A stretch of DNA of 63,680 nucleotides, filler included, from Aduncisulcus paluster (taxonomy: Eukaryota): assembly GCA_024181965.1 (NCBI GenBank). It is 44 parts of 44 records of this genome, joined end to end, with 100 filler letters (N's around TTAATTAATTAA, not from the genome) between each part and the next. Parts side by side here need not be neighbours in the genome. Positions count along the whole stretch, not along the records: positions 22,102 to 23,315 come from BQXS01010391.1; positions 23,416 to 24,565 come from BQXS01010398.1; positions 24,666 to 27,132 come from BQXS01010404.1; positions 27,233 to 28,331 come from BQXS01010411.1; positions 28,432 to 29,989 come from BQXS01010420.1; positions 30,090 to 31,340 come from BQXS01010421.1; positions 31,441 to 33,069 come from BQXS01010424.1; positions 33,170 to 34,236 come from BQXS01010426.1; 36 more parts are not named here. One strand, written 5' to 3'. The notes under the pieces were generated by a model. That model did no database searches, had not been told where the DNA came from, and saw only the letters and a program-made list of their open reading frames with translations. Shown here piece after piece: positions 22,102 to 33,403 of the stretch (position 1 is the first letter of the stretch; each line of letters opens with the position of its first letter). A program made the translations under genes and the position numbers.

Positions 22102-23093
22102 CTATTTTAGAAGCAGTTATTCTTTCAACAACGCCTACTTATATAAAAGTACTAAAAAATTCTCATGCTAAAATTGGTAAACAACTCGAAAAACAAAAAA
22201 AAGATATCGATAAATCGATAGCATCAATACTAACACTCAATACTTTTGCTCATACTTTAGGAGCAGCTGGTGTTGGAGCAGAAGCTGCAAAGATATTTGG
22301 GGAAGAGTATATGTTTTATGTCTCTGCAATTTTAACAATTTTGATTTTGGTTTTTTCAGAAATCATACCAAAAACTATTGGAGCATATTATTGGAAAGAG
22401 TTAAGTAGTATGAGTTCATATATGATTCGCTTTTTAGTTTTTATTACATATCCTCTTTTGGTTGGTATGGAGTTTATTACAAAAGCAATTGCAAAAGATA
22501 AAAATAAAAATAAGATCACAAAAGATGAACTTGAAGCAACTGTTGCCATGAGTGAAGAAGCAGGTATACTCAAAGAAAAAGAGATTAATATTATAGGAAA
22601 TATTTTCGAATTAAGAGAGCTTCGTGTTGAAGATATTTATACTCCTAGAAATGTTCTTTTTGCACTTCCTAAAGATACTTTATTGGAGAGTTTAAGTAAA
22701 AATGACAAATCAATTATTGATTTAGAAAAACTCAAAGAGTACTCAAGAGTTCCTATTTATAAAGAAAATATCGATGATATTGTGGGAGTTGTTTTTGCAA
22801 AAGAGTTTTTTTATGAATTTATAGAGCAAAAAATAAAAAATAAAAAAGAGATTATTAAACCTGTTTATAAAGTACATAAAAATATCCCTCTTCCAAAACT
22901 TATTGACTTGTTTATTGTCAGAAAAGAACATCTTTTTATAGTGATTGATAGCTATGACCAAACAGCTGGTATCGTAACTCTTGAAGATGCTATAGAAACA
23001 CTTTTGGGTCTTGAGATCGTTGATGAATTTGATAACAACCCAAATATGAGAGAACTTGCAAAAAGTTTAAAAGCTTTTAAAAATAATCTTTAA
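22102..23093 (+). CDS. CNNM/CorB-type (DUF21 + CBS) membrane protein, 5' truncated
   Basis: ILTLNTFAHTLGA, FSEIIPKTIG, YSRVPIY, GIVTLEDAIETLLGLEIVDE. Confidence 0.92.
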
Positions 23094-23097
23094 TATA

Positions 23098-23313
23098 TTA
23101 TAACTTTTTCTCTTGATTTATTTTTATAAACTCAAGCACTTTTTGCCCACTTTTTGATGAACCATATTGGGAACTATCAATATATAAATGATAATTTTCT
23201 TTATCATTCCACTCTTTTTTTGTAAAATGATAACAATAATTTGCTCTTTTTATATCTATAGTTTTAAGATCATCTTTTGTAAAAGTTGTGTTTAAATTGT
23301 ATTGAGTATTGAT
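23098..23313 (-). CDS. Cytidylate-kinase-like family protein, C-terminus (not in the ORF track)
   Basis: Manual translation ..IDIKRANYCYHFTKKEWNDKENYHLYIDSSQYG.. matches the DxxRxxYYxxxTxxxWxDxxNYDLxIxSS pattern. Confidence 0.6.
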   Translation of the reverse strand: MNTQYNLNTTFTKDDLKTIDIKRANYCYHFTKKEWNDKENYHLYIDSSQYGSSKSGQKVLEFIKINQEKKL

Positions 23314-23415
23314 TCNNNNNNNNNNNNNNNNNNNNNNNNNNNNNNNNNNNNNNNNNNNNTTAATTAATTAANNNNNNNNNNNNNNNNNNNNNNNNNNNNN
23401 NNNNNNNNNNNNNNN

Positions 23416-23487
23416 AAGAGATTGTTGCTTTAACAATACTTGCTGGTTGATCTGTTGTTGCTTTAGTTTGTAAAGTTTTTCTATCAT
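23416..23487 (-). CDS. Start of a coiled-coil protein coupled to fliQ (possibly FliJ-like)
   Basis: ATGA overlap with the fliQ stop; MIEKLYKLKQQQINQQVLLKQQSL. Confidence 0.4.
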
Positions 23488-23750
23488 TGTGTTTTACCAA
23501 ATGTTATAATGATATCCCATAAATTGTATGTATATTCTTCTATATTATCACCTATCCAAGGAAGTGAGATAACAATAAAAATAGATACAATAATCATTTT
23601 TGGTACAAATGATAATGAAGCATCACTAATTTGTGTAACAGCTTGGAAAATACTAATCACAAGTCCTATAACCATACTAACAATTAAAGAGGGTAAACCC
23701 AATAAAAGTATAATTGCTACAGTGCTTTGTGATATTGCTATTAAATCCAT
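23484..23750 (-). CDS. fliQ: Flagellar export protein FliQ
   Basis: IGLVISIFQAVTQISDASLSFVPK, LPW; 88 aa. Confidence 0.95.
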   Translation of the reverse strand: MDLIAISQSTVAIILLLGLPSLIVSMVIGLVISIFQAVTQISDASLSFVPKMIIVSIFIVISLPWIGDNIEEYTYNLWDIIITFGKTQ

Positions 23751-23751
23751 T

Positions 23752-24522
23752 TTAATCTTTTATTTTAATCGTAATCTCTATGGTTTTATTATTTAATAAT
23801 TGACTCAGTAATGAAGCTAAGTCATTTGTACTAAGCTCAGATATAGTATTTTGATTACTTACTTTTTCTATTTCTGTATTTTCTTCTGCTTCAATCTCTG
23901 GTTCTGGTAATTTTTTATCATCAGGGGATTCATTAAAATCTTCAATTAAAATTTCATTTTCAGCATCTTCAATTGTAATTTCATCTTCGGCATTTTCTAT
24001 TAAAATGTCATCTTCAGAGCTAGATGTATCTTGTTTTTCCCCTAAAGCTTCAAGTATATCTGATTCTATTAATTGGTCTAGTTCCGATAATTCATTCTTT
24101 ATATTTTTTGAGTTGTTCTCTTCATATTCAAAAGCATCAAATATCTCATCTACACTACTGATTTCTGCTGCTTTAGGTTTTTTAAGCGCGGTTTCTAGTC
24201 TTTTTTCAATGTAAATAGTTAGGTCATTATAAGTTCTTGAACTAACATCACCGATACCATGATGGTCTAAAAAGCTTTTTTCTATACCATCTTTTGGGAC
24301 TAAAAATTTTAAATACTTTGAAATAAAATCATCTTCAATAATCTTATTTTCATCTATCAAAAAAATTTGGTAAGGATCTTCTAAAATAAGATTTTTTAGC
24401 TCCTGAAGTGTTGAAATATCAGTTATCTCACCATCTTCTATTTTAAATCGTATATTCCCGCGATCAAGAATTTTGTGTATTTCATTGTTAAAATTTGTAC
24501 TGCCATAAATGTATATATTCAC
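23752..24522 (-). CDS. Acidic hypothetical protein in a flagellar operon
   Basis: Complete 256-aa ORF ending LLSQLLNNKTIEITIKIKD, 1 nt before fliQ. Confidence 0.7.
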   Translation of the reverse strand: MNIYIYGSTNFNNEIHKILDRGNIRFKIEDGEITDISTLQELKNLILEDPYQIFLIDENKIIEDDFISKYLKFLVPKDGIEKSFLDHHGIGDVSSRTYNDLTIYIEKRLETALKKPKAAEISSVDEIFDAFEYEENNSKNIKNELSELDQLIESDILEALGEKQDTSSSEDDILIENAEDEITIEDAENEILIEDFNESPDDKKLPEPEIEAEENTEIEKVSNQNTISELSTNDLASLLSQLLNNKTIEITIKIKD

Positions 24523-24667
24523 AAGAAACCTTAATATTAAATAATTTACATTAATTATATCTTTANNNNNNNNNNNNNNNNNNNNNNNNNNNNNNNNNNN
24601 NNNNNNNNNTTAATTAATTAANNNNNNNNNNNNNNNNNNNNNNNNNNNNNNNNNNNNNNNNNNNNAA

Positions 24668-24880
24668 AAGTGTAATTATACAGGGTATAACAATAGACAA
24701 ATTATCTCTGAGGTATTAAGCATAGACAGTGATTTGTCTAAAATGATAGCTAACAATCGTAATATTTATGAGATTGAAGAATATTGTAAACAAAATGGTT
24801 ATGTAACTCTGAAAGAAAATGCACTAAAGTTAGTAGAAAATGGAATTACAACAATAGAAGAATTTTATAGTAAAGTGTAG
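24668..24880 (+). CDS. GspE/PilB-family ATPase, C-terminus (not in the ORF track)
   Basis: Manual translation KCNYTGYNNRQIISEVL..TLKENALKLVENGITTIEEF. Confidence 0.88.
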   Translation, partial: KCNYTGYNNRQIISEVLSIDSDLSKMIANNRNIYEIEEYCKQNGYVTLKENALKLVENGITTIEEFYSKV

Positions 24881-24886
24881 TAATAG

Positions 24887-26095
24887 ATGATAAAATATAA
24901 AATACGCTATCAAGAAAAACAAAAAATGAAAACGCTCTATTTGGAAGCACAAAATAGAAGTGAACTCCAAAGCCACAAAAATTTCCCAACTAATATTATC
25001 AATATTAAAGAACAAAAAAATCTCTCTTTTGATTTTGTTAGTATAAGAAATAAAAAAAAAGATATTTTTGAACTTTTCTCTCAATTAGATATTATGTTAA
25101 GTGCTAGTCTTAGTTTTAGTGAATCCATAGAGATGCTTTTACAATCACAACAAGAAACAAAGATACGAGAAATTTTGAAAATAATTGAAGAATCATTATC
25201 TTCATCAGTTCCTTTAGATATAGCATTAAAACCATATAAAAATTATCTGGGGAATAACACTATCCTTTTTCTAAAATTAGGTTTTGAAAATGGAAATATT
25301 AAAGAATCAATTCATTCTTTAGTAGAGATTTTAGAAGAAGATATCCAAAGTAGTGAAAAATTTCAAGAGGTGATGAGGTATCCTCTTATTCTAATTTTTT
25401 CCTTATTCGTTTCAGTAGGGATGATTTTTGTTTATGTTTTACCAAATTTTGATTTTGTTTTTAGTTTACTCAAAGATGAGATANNNNNNNNNNNNNNNNN
25501 NNNNNNNNNNNNNNNNNNNNNNNNNNNNNNNNNNNNNNNNNNNNNNNNNNNNNNNNNNNNNNNNNNNNNNNNNNNNNNNNNNNNNNNNNNNNNNNNNNNN
25601 NNNNNNNNNNNNNNNNNNNNNNNNNNNNNNNNNNNNGTTTTACTTTTAAAAATACCTATTTTAAGTAAAGTAATTCAAGATTATCATTTCTATAGACTTT
25701 TTTTATCTATTAGTATTATAGTAAAATCAAAATATCAATTTCAAGTAGCCATTTTAAATAGTAAAAATATTGTAAATAATTTATATGTAAAAGAGATGAT
25801 GAATGGTATTCTCAAAAATATAAAAAATGGCTCAAATATTTCAGATGCTTTTGCGGCAAGTAAAATATTTGATAATCTTACGATTAAACTTTTACATACA
25901 GCTGATTATACAAACGAATATGAAACTGTACTATTGAACATTACATCTCAATATAAAAAACGCTTTCATAAAAGTCTGAAAAGTTTTTCTTCACTTATTG
26001 AACCTGTACTTATATTTTTTATAGCATTGATTGTCTTATGGCTTATTTTAGCTATTATGCTCCCTATTTGGAATTTGGGAGCAGTTATAAATTAG
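24887..26095 (+). CDS. Type II secretion/type IV pilus platform protein (GspF/PilC family), spans a gap
   Basis: FSQLDIMLSASL, MRYPLIL, LIEPVLI..AIMLPIWNL; follows the GspE ATPase. Confidence 0.9.
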   Translation: MIKYKIRYQEKQKMKTLYLEAQNRSELQSHKNFPTNIINIKEQKNLSFDFVSIRNKKKDIFELFSQLDIMLSASLSFSESIEMLLQSQQETKIREILKIIEESLSSSVPLDIALKPYKNYLGNNTILFLKLGFENGNIKESIHSLVEILEEDIQSSEKFQEVMRYPLILIFSLFVSVGMIFVYVLPNFDFVFSLLKDEIXXXXXXXXXXXXXXXXXXXXXXXXXXXXXXXXXXXXXXXXXXXXXXXXXXXVLLLKIPILSKVIQDYHFYRLFLSISIIVKSKYQFQVAILNSKNIVNNLYVKEMMNGILKNIKNGSNISDAFAASKIFDNLTIKLLHTADYTNEYETVLLNITSQYKKRFHKSLKSFSSLIEPVLIFFIALIVLWLILAIMLPIWNLGAVIN

Positions 26096-26096
26096 A

Positions 26097-27132
26097 TTAT
26101 AATTGCTCTTTAGCTATATAAGTAAATGAAAATTCTTCTTTTTTAAAATCGATATTTACACTACCACCATTTTTGAGTTCTCCAAAAAGTATCTCATCTG
26201 TAAGTGGTACTTTTATCTTTTGTGTTATCACTCTTTGTAATGGACGAGCACCCATAAGTTTGTCGTACCCTAATCGTGCTATCTCTTTTTTTGCTTTTGT
26301 TGTCAGTATGATTTTTATGTTTTTATCTGCTAAATTTTCTTCTAAATCTTTAATGAATTTACTTACAATTTTTATCAAAATAGGTTCACTTAATGGTGCA
26401 AATTTTACAGTTGCATCAAGTCTATTTCTAAACTCGGGGGCAAAAAACTTTTTAACAGCTTTATCTTCATTGATTCCATCATCTTTAGCAAATCCCATTA
26501 TATTTGCTTGAGTTGCTCCTAAGTTTGAGGTCATAATAAGTATAACATTTTGGAAGTCTGATTTTGTTCCATTGTTATCTGTTAGAGTTGCATTGTCCAT
26601 AACTTGAAGCAATAAACTCATCAAGTCTGGATGAGCTTTTTCTATCTCATCAAGAAGTAAAACGGTATGTGGATGTTTTCTGATAGCTTCTGTAAGAAGA
26701 CCACCTTTTTCATAGCCAACATAACCAGCAGGTGCACCTATAGTCTACTTACAGTGTGTGCTTCACCATATTCACTCATATCGAATCTTTCAAAGTGGAT
26801 ACCCATAACATGTGCTAACTCTTTAGCAACTTCTGTTTTCCCTACACCTGTACTTCCTGTAAATAAAAAACTTCCCACAGGTTTGTTGTCTATTCCCATA
26901 CCTGAACGGTTTACTTTAATTGCTTTTACTATTGTAGTGATTGCATCATCTTGTCCAAATACTCTTTTTTGTAAATTTGTTTCAAGCTTTTTAAGCAATG
27001 AAAGATCAGAAGAGGTAGCCGTTTTGGGTGGTATTTGTGCTATATTTGAGATTGTTTTTTCTACATCTTTTGCTGTTATTTTGATCGTTTTTTTAGATTT
27101 TTTTTCTAATTTAATGGTTGCACCTACTTCAT
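26097..27132 (-). CDS. clpA: ATP-dependent Clp protease ATPase ClpA, C-terminal part, with a 1-nt frameshift near 26741
   Basis: VFGQDDAI, GSTGVGKTE, RFDMSEY..HTVSRL, then IGAPAGYVGYEKGGLLTEAI..LLDEIEKAHPD..APEFRNRLD..GARPL in the next frame. Confidence 0.92.
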
Positions 27133-27232
27133 NNNNNNNNNNNNNNNNNNNNNNNNNNNNNNNNNNNNNNNNNNNNTTAATTAATTAANNNNNNNNNNNN
27201 NNNNNNNNNNNNNNNNNNNNNNNNNNNNNNNN

Positions 27233-28331
27233 AGTTCTCGAAAAAACACAGTATAGTCAACCCCTGTTTGTACCATCAGTATCTCTAACTCATCATACAA
27301 CTCTTCATCAAAACTTTCAAGCCCTAGTTTACTTGCCCACATTTTTTTCATCTCATTTTGCATAACTAAAGAGAAATCAGCTCTTATTTTGTGTAACTCT
27401 TGCAGGTGTGTTTGACTAGAACTCAACAGATTTTGTAAAGCAGAATAAAACTGTTGAAAGTTTTTTTCTGCTGCATTTGGCTGATTTAAAAATGCAAAAT
27501 GATTTCCACCACCTGTCCACGACTGATAGTAAGGGTCAAACAAATCCATAAAACCAAAAGGACCAAAATCAAGAGTATACCCTCCAGCTGCACAGTTGTC
27601 ACTGTTGAAATTTCCTTGACAAAAACCAACACGAATCCAATTTGCTACAAGTTTTGTAAGCCTACTTCGAAACTCTTTTGCTAAGAGTATCACTTGATCA
27701 GGAAATGGTAAATTTGTATCGATTTCTTCACTATATTCACGCTCTATCAAGTGTGATACTATCTGTTTTAGTTCACTCATCGCTTTTGGGTGTTCATTTT
27801 TACGAGCTCGGCGTGCGAAAAGTTCTATTTGTCCCACTCTTAAAAATGATGGTGCAACTCTTGTAGAGATAGCAACCGACTCATTTACCATCATATCAGG
27901 ATCAAACGAATGTGAGTTGTGTGAATACCAAGGTCGTTTTACAAACTCAGTTTTTGAAGTGTACAAACTCAACGAGCGTGAAGTAGAAATACCTAAAGCA
28001 TACATATGTTCTTGAGCCAAAAACTCTCTTACGCTTGAGCGTAAAACAGCTCGACCATCTGCCCCTCTACAATATGGAGTACGACCTCCACCTTTGAGTT
28101 GCATCTCCCATCGTTTACCATTTAGAACACCTTCAAACACAGAAACAGCACGCCCATCTCCATAGCCATTTCCTGTTTGGAAAGGACACTGGGCGTAGTA
28201 TTCTGTTCCATAAATAGAAAGTGCATATCCAGTTGCCCACCCATATTTACTCATAGGTTTTGGTAGATTTGAAGTATCACCTGAAAACATTGCCATAAAA
28301 TCAGGCGAATGGGCTAAACTATCATCAAAAC
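27233..28331 (-). CDS. selO: Protein adenylyltransferase SelO/YdiU family, fragment
   Basis: [53 protein letters not shown]. Confidence 0.92.
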
Positions 28332-28431
28332 NNNNNNNNNNNNNNNNNNNNNNNNNNNNNNNNNNNNNNNNNNNNTTAATTAATTAANNNNNNNNNNNNN
28401 NNNNNNNNNNNNNNNNNNNNNNNNNNNNNNN

Positions 28432-28603
28432 GATCCATATCAAAATGATATCTTGCAAATGTCACTAAAAACAGATTTATACCGTTAAGCATCATCTCTA
28501 TAGACATATATATTACAAATATATTTTTTCTTGATATTACCCCTATTGCACCGATTGAAAAAAGCATCATAGAAACAAATGCTAAAGATGTTAATGAAAT
28601 CAT
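28432..28603 (-). CDS. nuoK: NADH-quinone oxidoreductase subunit K, 3' truncated
   Basis: LFSIGAIGVISRKN..MSIEMMLNGINL. Confidence 0.93.
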
Positions 28604-29130
28604 GATTCATCTCCTTGATTTTTAACTCTTTTAACTCTTTTTTTAGCAAGCACAACAGAACCTATTAATGCAACTAAAAGTAATATAGAAACTAACTCAA
28701 ATGCAACTAACCAATTGTCAAAAAGTACTAATCCTATAGGTGCTAGATCACCAAAATCAGTATCTGTTAATAACATATCTTTTGCAGGTAATTTAGAAAC
28801 TGCTTGTATAACTAAAATATTTAGTGGAATCATAACAATTGCACCCAATCCAATAATTTTAAACTTATTTGGTTCTTCTGGTAAATCTTCTTCTCTAATA
28901 TTTAAAAACATTAAAATAAATAAAATAAGCGTCATAATCGCCCCAGCATACACTATGATTTGTACCATAAATAAAAATGTTGCATTTAAAAGTGCAAAAA
29001 TTCCTGCAACACTTAACATAGAAATCAACACACCCAATGCACTATACATAGGATTTTTATATACAAGCATAGCAAGAGCACCACCGACTGAAAGTAACGA
29101 CAATCCTATAAACAATACATCAACCATCAT
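28600..29130 (-). CDS. nuoJ: NADH-quinone oxidoreductase subunit J
   Basis: NPMYSAL, QIIVYAGAIMTLILFILM, FELVSILLLVALIG. Confidence 0.93.
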   Translation of the reverse strand: MMVDVLFIGLSLLSVGGALAMLVYKNPMYSALGVLISMLSVAGIFALLNATFLFMVQIIVYAGAIMTLILFILMFLNIREEDLPEEPNKFKIIGLGAIVMIPLNILVIQAVSKLPAKDMLLTDTDFGDLAPIGLVLFDNWLVAFELVSILLLVALIGSVVLAKKRVKRVKNQGDES

Positions 29131-29626
29131 TTAAATCCTTTGATCTTTCATTTGCCATTAAAGCTTTTTTATCCAGAACAAACTCTTCTCTTGTTCCACC
29201 TGTAAATGAAAATATACCTGTATCCATACGAATAGCATCACAAGGACACGCCTCAACACAGTATCCACAAAAAACACACTCTAAAAGATCTATCTTAAAC
29301 TCTTTTGGTCGTTTCTCATCAACTCCATCAAACCTTTCTTCTGCTTCAATAAAGATACAGTCAGCAGGACAAGCAGTAGCACACATATAACATGCCACAC
29401 ATTTCTCAGTCTGATCTTCATGTTTTGTGAGTCTATGTACACCTCTATATCTTTCATTAAGATCATCTGGTTGCACCTCAGGATAATGTCTTGTTCTTAG
29501 ATTATCATTATCTTTTAGATTTGTTCGAAAATGTTTTAAAGTAGTTTTCATTCCACTAAAAATAGCTGGTAAAAACAATTTATCTTTAAAAGATTTTCCC
29601 TCTCTTTTTACTACTGTAATTCCCAT
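29120..29626 (-). CDS. nuoI: NADH-quinone oxidoreductase subunit I
   Basis: RYRGVHRL, CVACYMCATACP, CVFCGYCVEACP. Confidence 0.95.
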   Translation of the reverse strand: MGITVVKREGKSFKDKLFLPAIFSGMKTTLKHFRTNLKDNDNLRTRHYPEVQPDDLNERYRGVHRLTKHEDQTEKCVACYMCATACPADCIFIEAEERFDGVDEKRPKEFKIDLLECVFCGYCVEACPCDAIRMDTGIFSFTGGTREEFVLDKKALMANERSKDLNDG

Positions 29627-29627
29627 A

Positions 29628-29989
29628 TTAACTCCCTAACACTACAATAATCGTAGCTGTAACAACAATGTTTAAAAGTGATAATGGTATTAAAACTTTC
29701 CAACCTAACATCTGTAACTGATCATATCTAAATCGTAAAACAGTCCATCTCACCCAAATATATACAAATGCCATCATGAAAAATTTTACCAAAAATGTTC
29801 CTATTTGAATAACAGCCGTCATGATATTTACACCATTTGCATCAATTCCTGTGATTAAGAAATATGCCATTAAAGCTACAACAATAATAGCTATACTCCA
29901 AAAAGCGATAGTTAAAATTTTTGTTTCTTTTACTCTTGATAAATCTTCACCAATCGCTTTATTATTTTTTTTCATCCATTTTGTAAAAC
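29628..29989 (-). CDS. nuoH: NADH-quinone oxidoreductase subunit H, C-terminus
   Basis: YIWVRWTVLRFRYDQLQMLGWKVLIPL. Confidence 0.93.
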
Positions 29990-30089
29990 NNNNNNNNNNN
30001 NNNNNNNNNNNNNNNNNNNNNNNNNNNNNNNNNTTAATTAATTAANNNNNNNNNNNNNNNNNNNNNNNNNNNNNNNNNNNNNNNNNNNN

Positions 30090-31340
30090 ATGTTATATTA
30101 TTTACACTTATTGTTTTAGGAATAGAAGCTATTTTTGGTTTCTCTTCATCCTCTTTTGTTCCACATTGTACATACGGACCATATTGTCCTACACGCGCTG
30201 TGATTGGTTTTTTTAGTTCAGGATGTTCTCCTAACTCTCGTATGTCTGAAAATTTAGCACGAGGTGCATTTTCTGTTTTATCATCTACATTTTTAACAAA
30301 TGGTTCATAAAACTCTTTCATAACATCTTCCCAAGCCATCTCACCATCAGCAATTTTATCAAACTCTTCTTCTACATGTGCTGTAAATCCAAGACTTACA
30401 ATGTTTTCAAAATGCTCAACTAAAAAGTCATTTACAACTGTACCTATTAAAGTTGGTTGTAGTTTTTTATCTTCTGTTTTGATTACATATTCTCTTGCTT
30501 GAATTGTGGCAATTGTTGGAGCATAAGTAGAAGGTCTTCCTATACCTTCTGCTTCCATTTTTTTAACCAAAGCAGCTTCTGAGTATCTAGCAGGTGGCTT
30601 AGTAAAATTTTGTTCTGTTATAAGTTTTTCAAGATTTAAAACTGTCCCTTTTGAAATAGTAGGTAAAATCTTTTCTGTATTATCTAAAGCAGCTTCGGGA
30701 TCATCACTTCCCTCTGTATATGCTTTCATAAATCCTGCAAATACTATTCTTGTTCCTTTTGATTGGAACTCATACTCTTTGTTTGCACCAGCTGATATTT
30801 TATATGTAGTATTTGCTACTACTGCTTGTGCCATCTGTGTTGCAATAGTTCTTTTCCAAATAAGGCTATAAAGTCTGTATTGACTATGGTCTAAATATGG
30901 TTTTACATCACTAGGTTTTAGAGCTAAATTAACTGGACGAATCGCTTCATGGGCTTCTTGAGCACCTTTTGCTTTGCTTTTATAGTGTCTAGGTTTTGCT
31001 AATGCATATTGATTTCCATATTCACTAGTAATAACCTCTTTTGCAGCACTTGTAGCAAATGAAGATAGATTTACACTATCTGTTCTCATATATGTTATAA
31101 GACCTCCAGTATGACCTGGAATTGTTACACTTCCTTCATAAAGCTGTTGGGCTACTATCATTGTTTGTTTTACACCGAAACCAGCTTTTCTACTTGCCTC
31201 TTGTTGTAAAGTAGAAGTTGTAAAAGGAGGGGCAGGGTTTCTTTTACTCTCTTTTTCTTCTATATCCTCAAGTATATATTGACCCTTATTACAAGAGTCT
31301 TCGATAATTTTTGCTTCTGCTTCATTATTGATTTTTGCTA
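30090..31340 (-). CDS. topA: DNA topoisomerase I (type IA), internal fragment
   Basis: FTTSTLQQEA, LITYMRTDS catalytic Tyr, AQEAHEAIRP, GIGRPSTYA. Confidence 0.96.
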
Positions 31341-31440
31341 NNNNNNNNNNNNNNNNNNNNNNNNNNNNNNNNNNNNNNNNNNNNTTAATTAATTAANNNN
31401 NNNNNNNNNNNNNNNNNNNNNNNNNNNNNNNNNNNNNNNN

Positions 31441-32007
31441 GTTCGGGCGGAAGCCGTGGGTCAGGTGACCGCCGGTATCGAGCGACATACCCATGAGCCG
31501 CTGATTGCCGTACTGGTGGCGCAGCTCCTCCCAGTCGGTCTCGGACAGGTCGTTGACGTTGCGCACGCCCTTCTCCGCCAGCGCCGGCGCCTCCACCCGG
31601 GTAGCCAGGATTGCCCAGTAGGCAACAAGATTGGCGTCGATACCCGAATGCGGCTGCGCGTACGCGTACGGCGCCCCGAACAGCTCGCGGGCGTGCTCGG
31701 CGGCCAACGACTCGACCGTGTCGATGTTCTGGCAACCGGCGTAGAAGCGGTGACCGATGGTGCCCTCGGCGTACTTGTCCGACAGCCAGGTGCCCATGGT
31801 GAGCAGCACGGCCGGCGAGGCGTAGTTCTCACTGGCGATCAGCTTGAGCGAATCGCGTTGGTCGGCAAGCTCTTTGCGGGTCGCGTCCGCGATGCGCGGC
31901 TCGATGGTCTCGATGACCTGCAGGGCCGACTGGTAGGCGGCACTGGCGGTCTCGGCATACTGCGCACCCTGCGCGATATCGCTGGAGGCTGAAGTCGTCA
32001 TGACCAT
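31441..32007 (-). CDS. glyA: Serine hydroxymethyltransferase, N-terminal part
   Basis: [37 protein letters not shown]. Confidence 0.95.
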
Positions 32008-32022
32008 CAGCCTAGTCGGCGG

Positions 32023-33069
32023 CTACACCAGGGTGGACGCCACCAGGGGCTCATCGAGCAGCCTGCCGAAGCGGGTCGTCAGTGACTGCTCCGGCGGGCG
32101 ACGGTCCAGCCATCCCTTCAACAATTGATAGCCCTCGACGTAGGTGGAGATGTACGCCCGCCACAGCGGCGAGGACAGGAATTTGAGCATGTGCCGGGCT
32201 CGCTCGTCGGGCACCAGCAGCCAGCGTTTGAGGAAGGCGATGACCTCCTCGGCATCGCTATGCTCGTCGTGAAGCATGAGCGCAGCGTCCTGTCTGACGT
32301 TGATCAGCCCGGCGCGCGCTCGCCCTATGGCCTGCGCCTGCTCGCCATCGAAGCGCAGCCCCAGGTCGGCGTAGATCTCTTGGGCCCACAGGCCCCAGTC
32401 CTCGCCGACGGCCGCGTAGAGCGCCAGGTCGGCGAGCCCCTCAGCCATCAGGCACTGCGGCGTGTTGACCAGGAAGATGGTTTGTTCCTGCTGGTCTCCC
32501 AGGTGCACCAGGCCGGCCTCCTTGCGGCAGTGCTCGGTGTGGTGTCCCGGGTAGGACTCGTGGGCGATCAGGGCGGGCACGTTGTTCAGGTACTGCTTGA
32601 GGTCGGAGTTGACGGCGACCGTCGAGCGATAGTTGCCCTCGTAGTAGTTGAAGCCCGACCACGGCTTGTCGCTGACAACCCCGTACGTGACCGTCCGGTG
32701 TCCGGCAGCGGAAAGTCGGCACGCACCCGGTCGCGCAGCGCGCTGGAGAAGGCGTCCACACATTCCTGCAGCCGGTTCGGATCGATCTCCTGGAGCCGGT
32801 CGTAGGCGGTCTTGCGTTCCAGCAGCGAACCGCCTTCGGGCAGAACGGCTTCCAAGGCACGGTGCGCTTGGCGGTAATTTTCCTCATCGCCCTTGACGAT
32901 GCGCACGTCGAAGTAGTCATGCACCTCGTCGACAAATCCGATGTCTTCGCCGGCGAACTTGCGCCCGGCACAGGCCAGTGCCTTCAGGTGAGTGTCGATG
33001 AAGGCCTTGCGCGCCCCGTCGAGGTCGCTTGCCGCCAGCTCCGCCCGCAGCGCGCCGGCCTGGCGGGCG
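32023..33069 (-). CDS. DUF885-like metallopeptidase-type protein, 5' truncated, with a 1-nt frameshift near 32696
   Basis: ..RVRADFPLPDT continues as TVTYGVVSDKPWSGFNYY in another frame; IAHESYPGHH and AEGLA motifs. Confidence 0.8.
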
Positions 33070-33169
33070 NNNNNNNNNNNNNNNNNNNNNNNNNNNNNNN
33101 NNNNNNNNNNNNNTTAATTAATTAANNNNNNNNNNNNNNNNNNNNNNNNNNNNNNNNNNNNNNNNNNNN

Positions 33170-33403
33170 GTTGTAAATAATAATCTAATACTTGAAGGAT
33201 TAGAAAATGAAGAGTTTTATTTTATGCATTCATATTCTGTAGTAAATTTTCATGATGTAAGTTCAACAACTACATATAGTAATCATCAATTTGTTTCATC
33301 TATAAAACATAATAATATATATGGAGTACAATTCCATCCTGAAAAAAGTAGAGAAGCAGGAATAAGATTATTTAGAAATTTCATTAATTTAGGAGATATT
33401 TAA
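33170..33403 (+). CDS. HisH-like glutamine amidotransferase, C-terminus (not in the ORF track)
   Basis: Manual translation FYFMHSY..IYGVQFHPEKSREAGIRLFRNF; stop overlaps the next ATG. Confidence 0.9.
   Translation, partial: VVNNNLILEGLENEEFYFMHSYSVVNFHDVSSTTTYSNHQFVSSIKHNNIYGVQFHPEKSREAGIRLFRNFINLGDI

Noticed and set aside
26835-26860. ClpA Walker A reading GSTGVGKT rather than GPTGVGKT as a sign of inactivation
   Set aside because: The GxxGxGKT core is intact and the second position is variable
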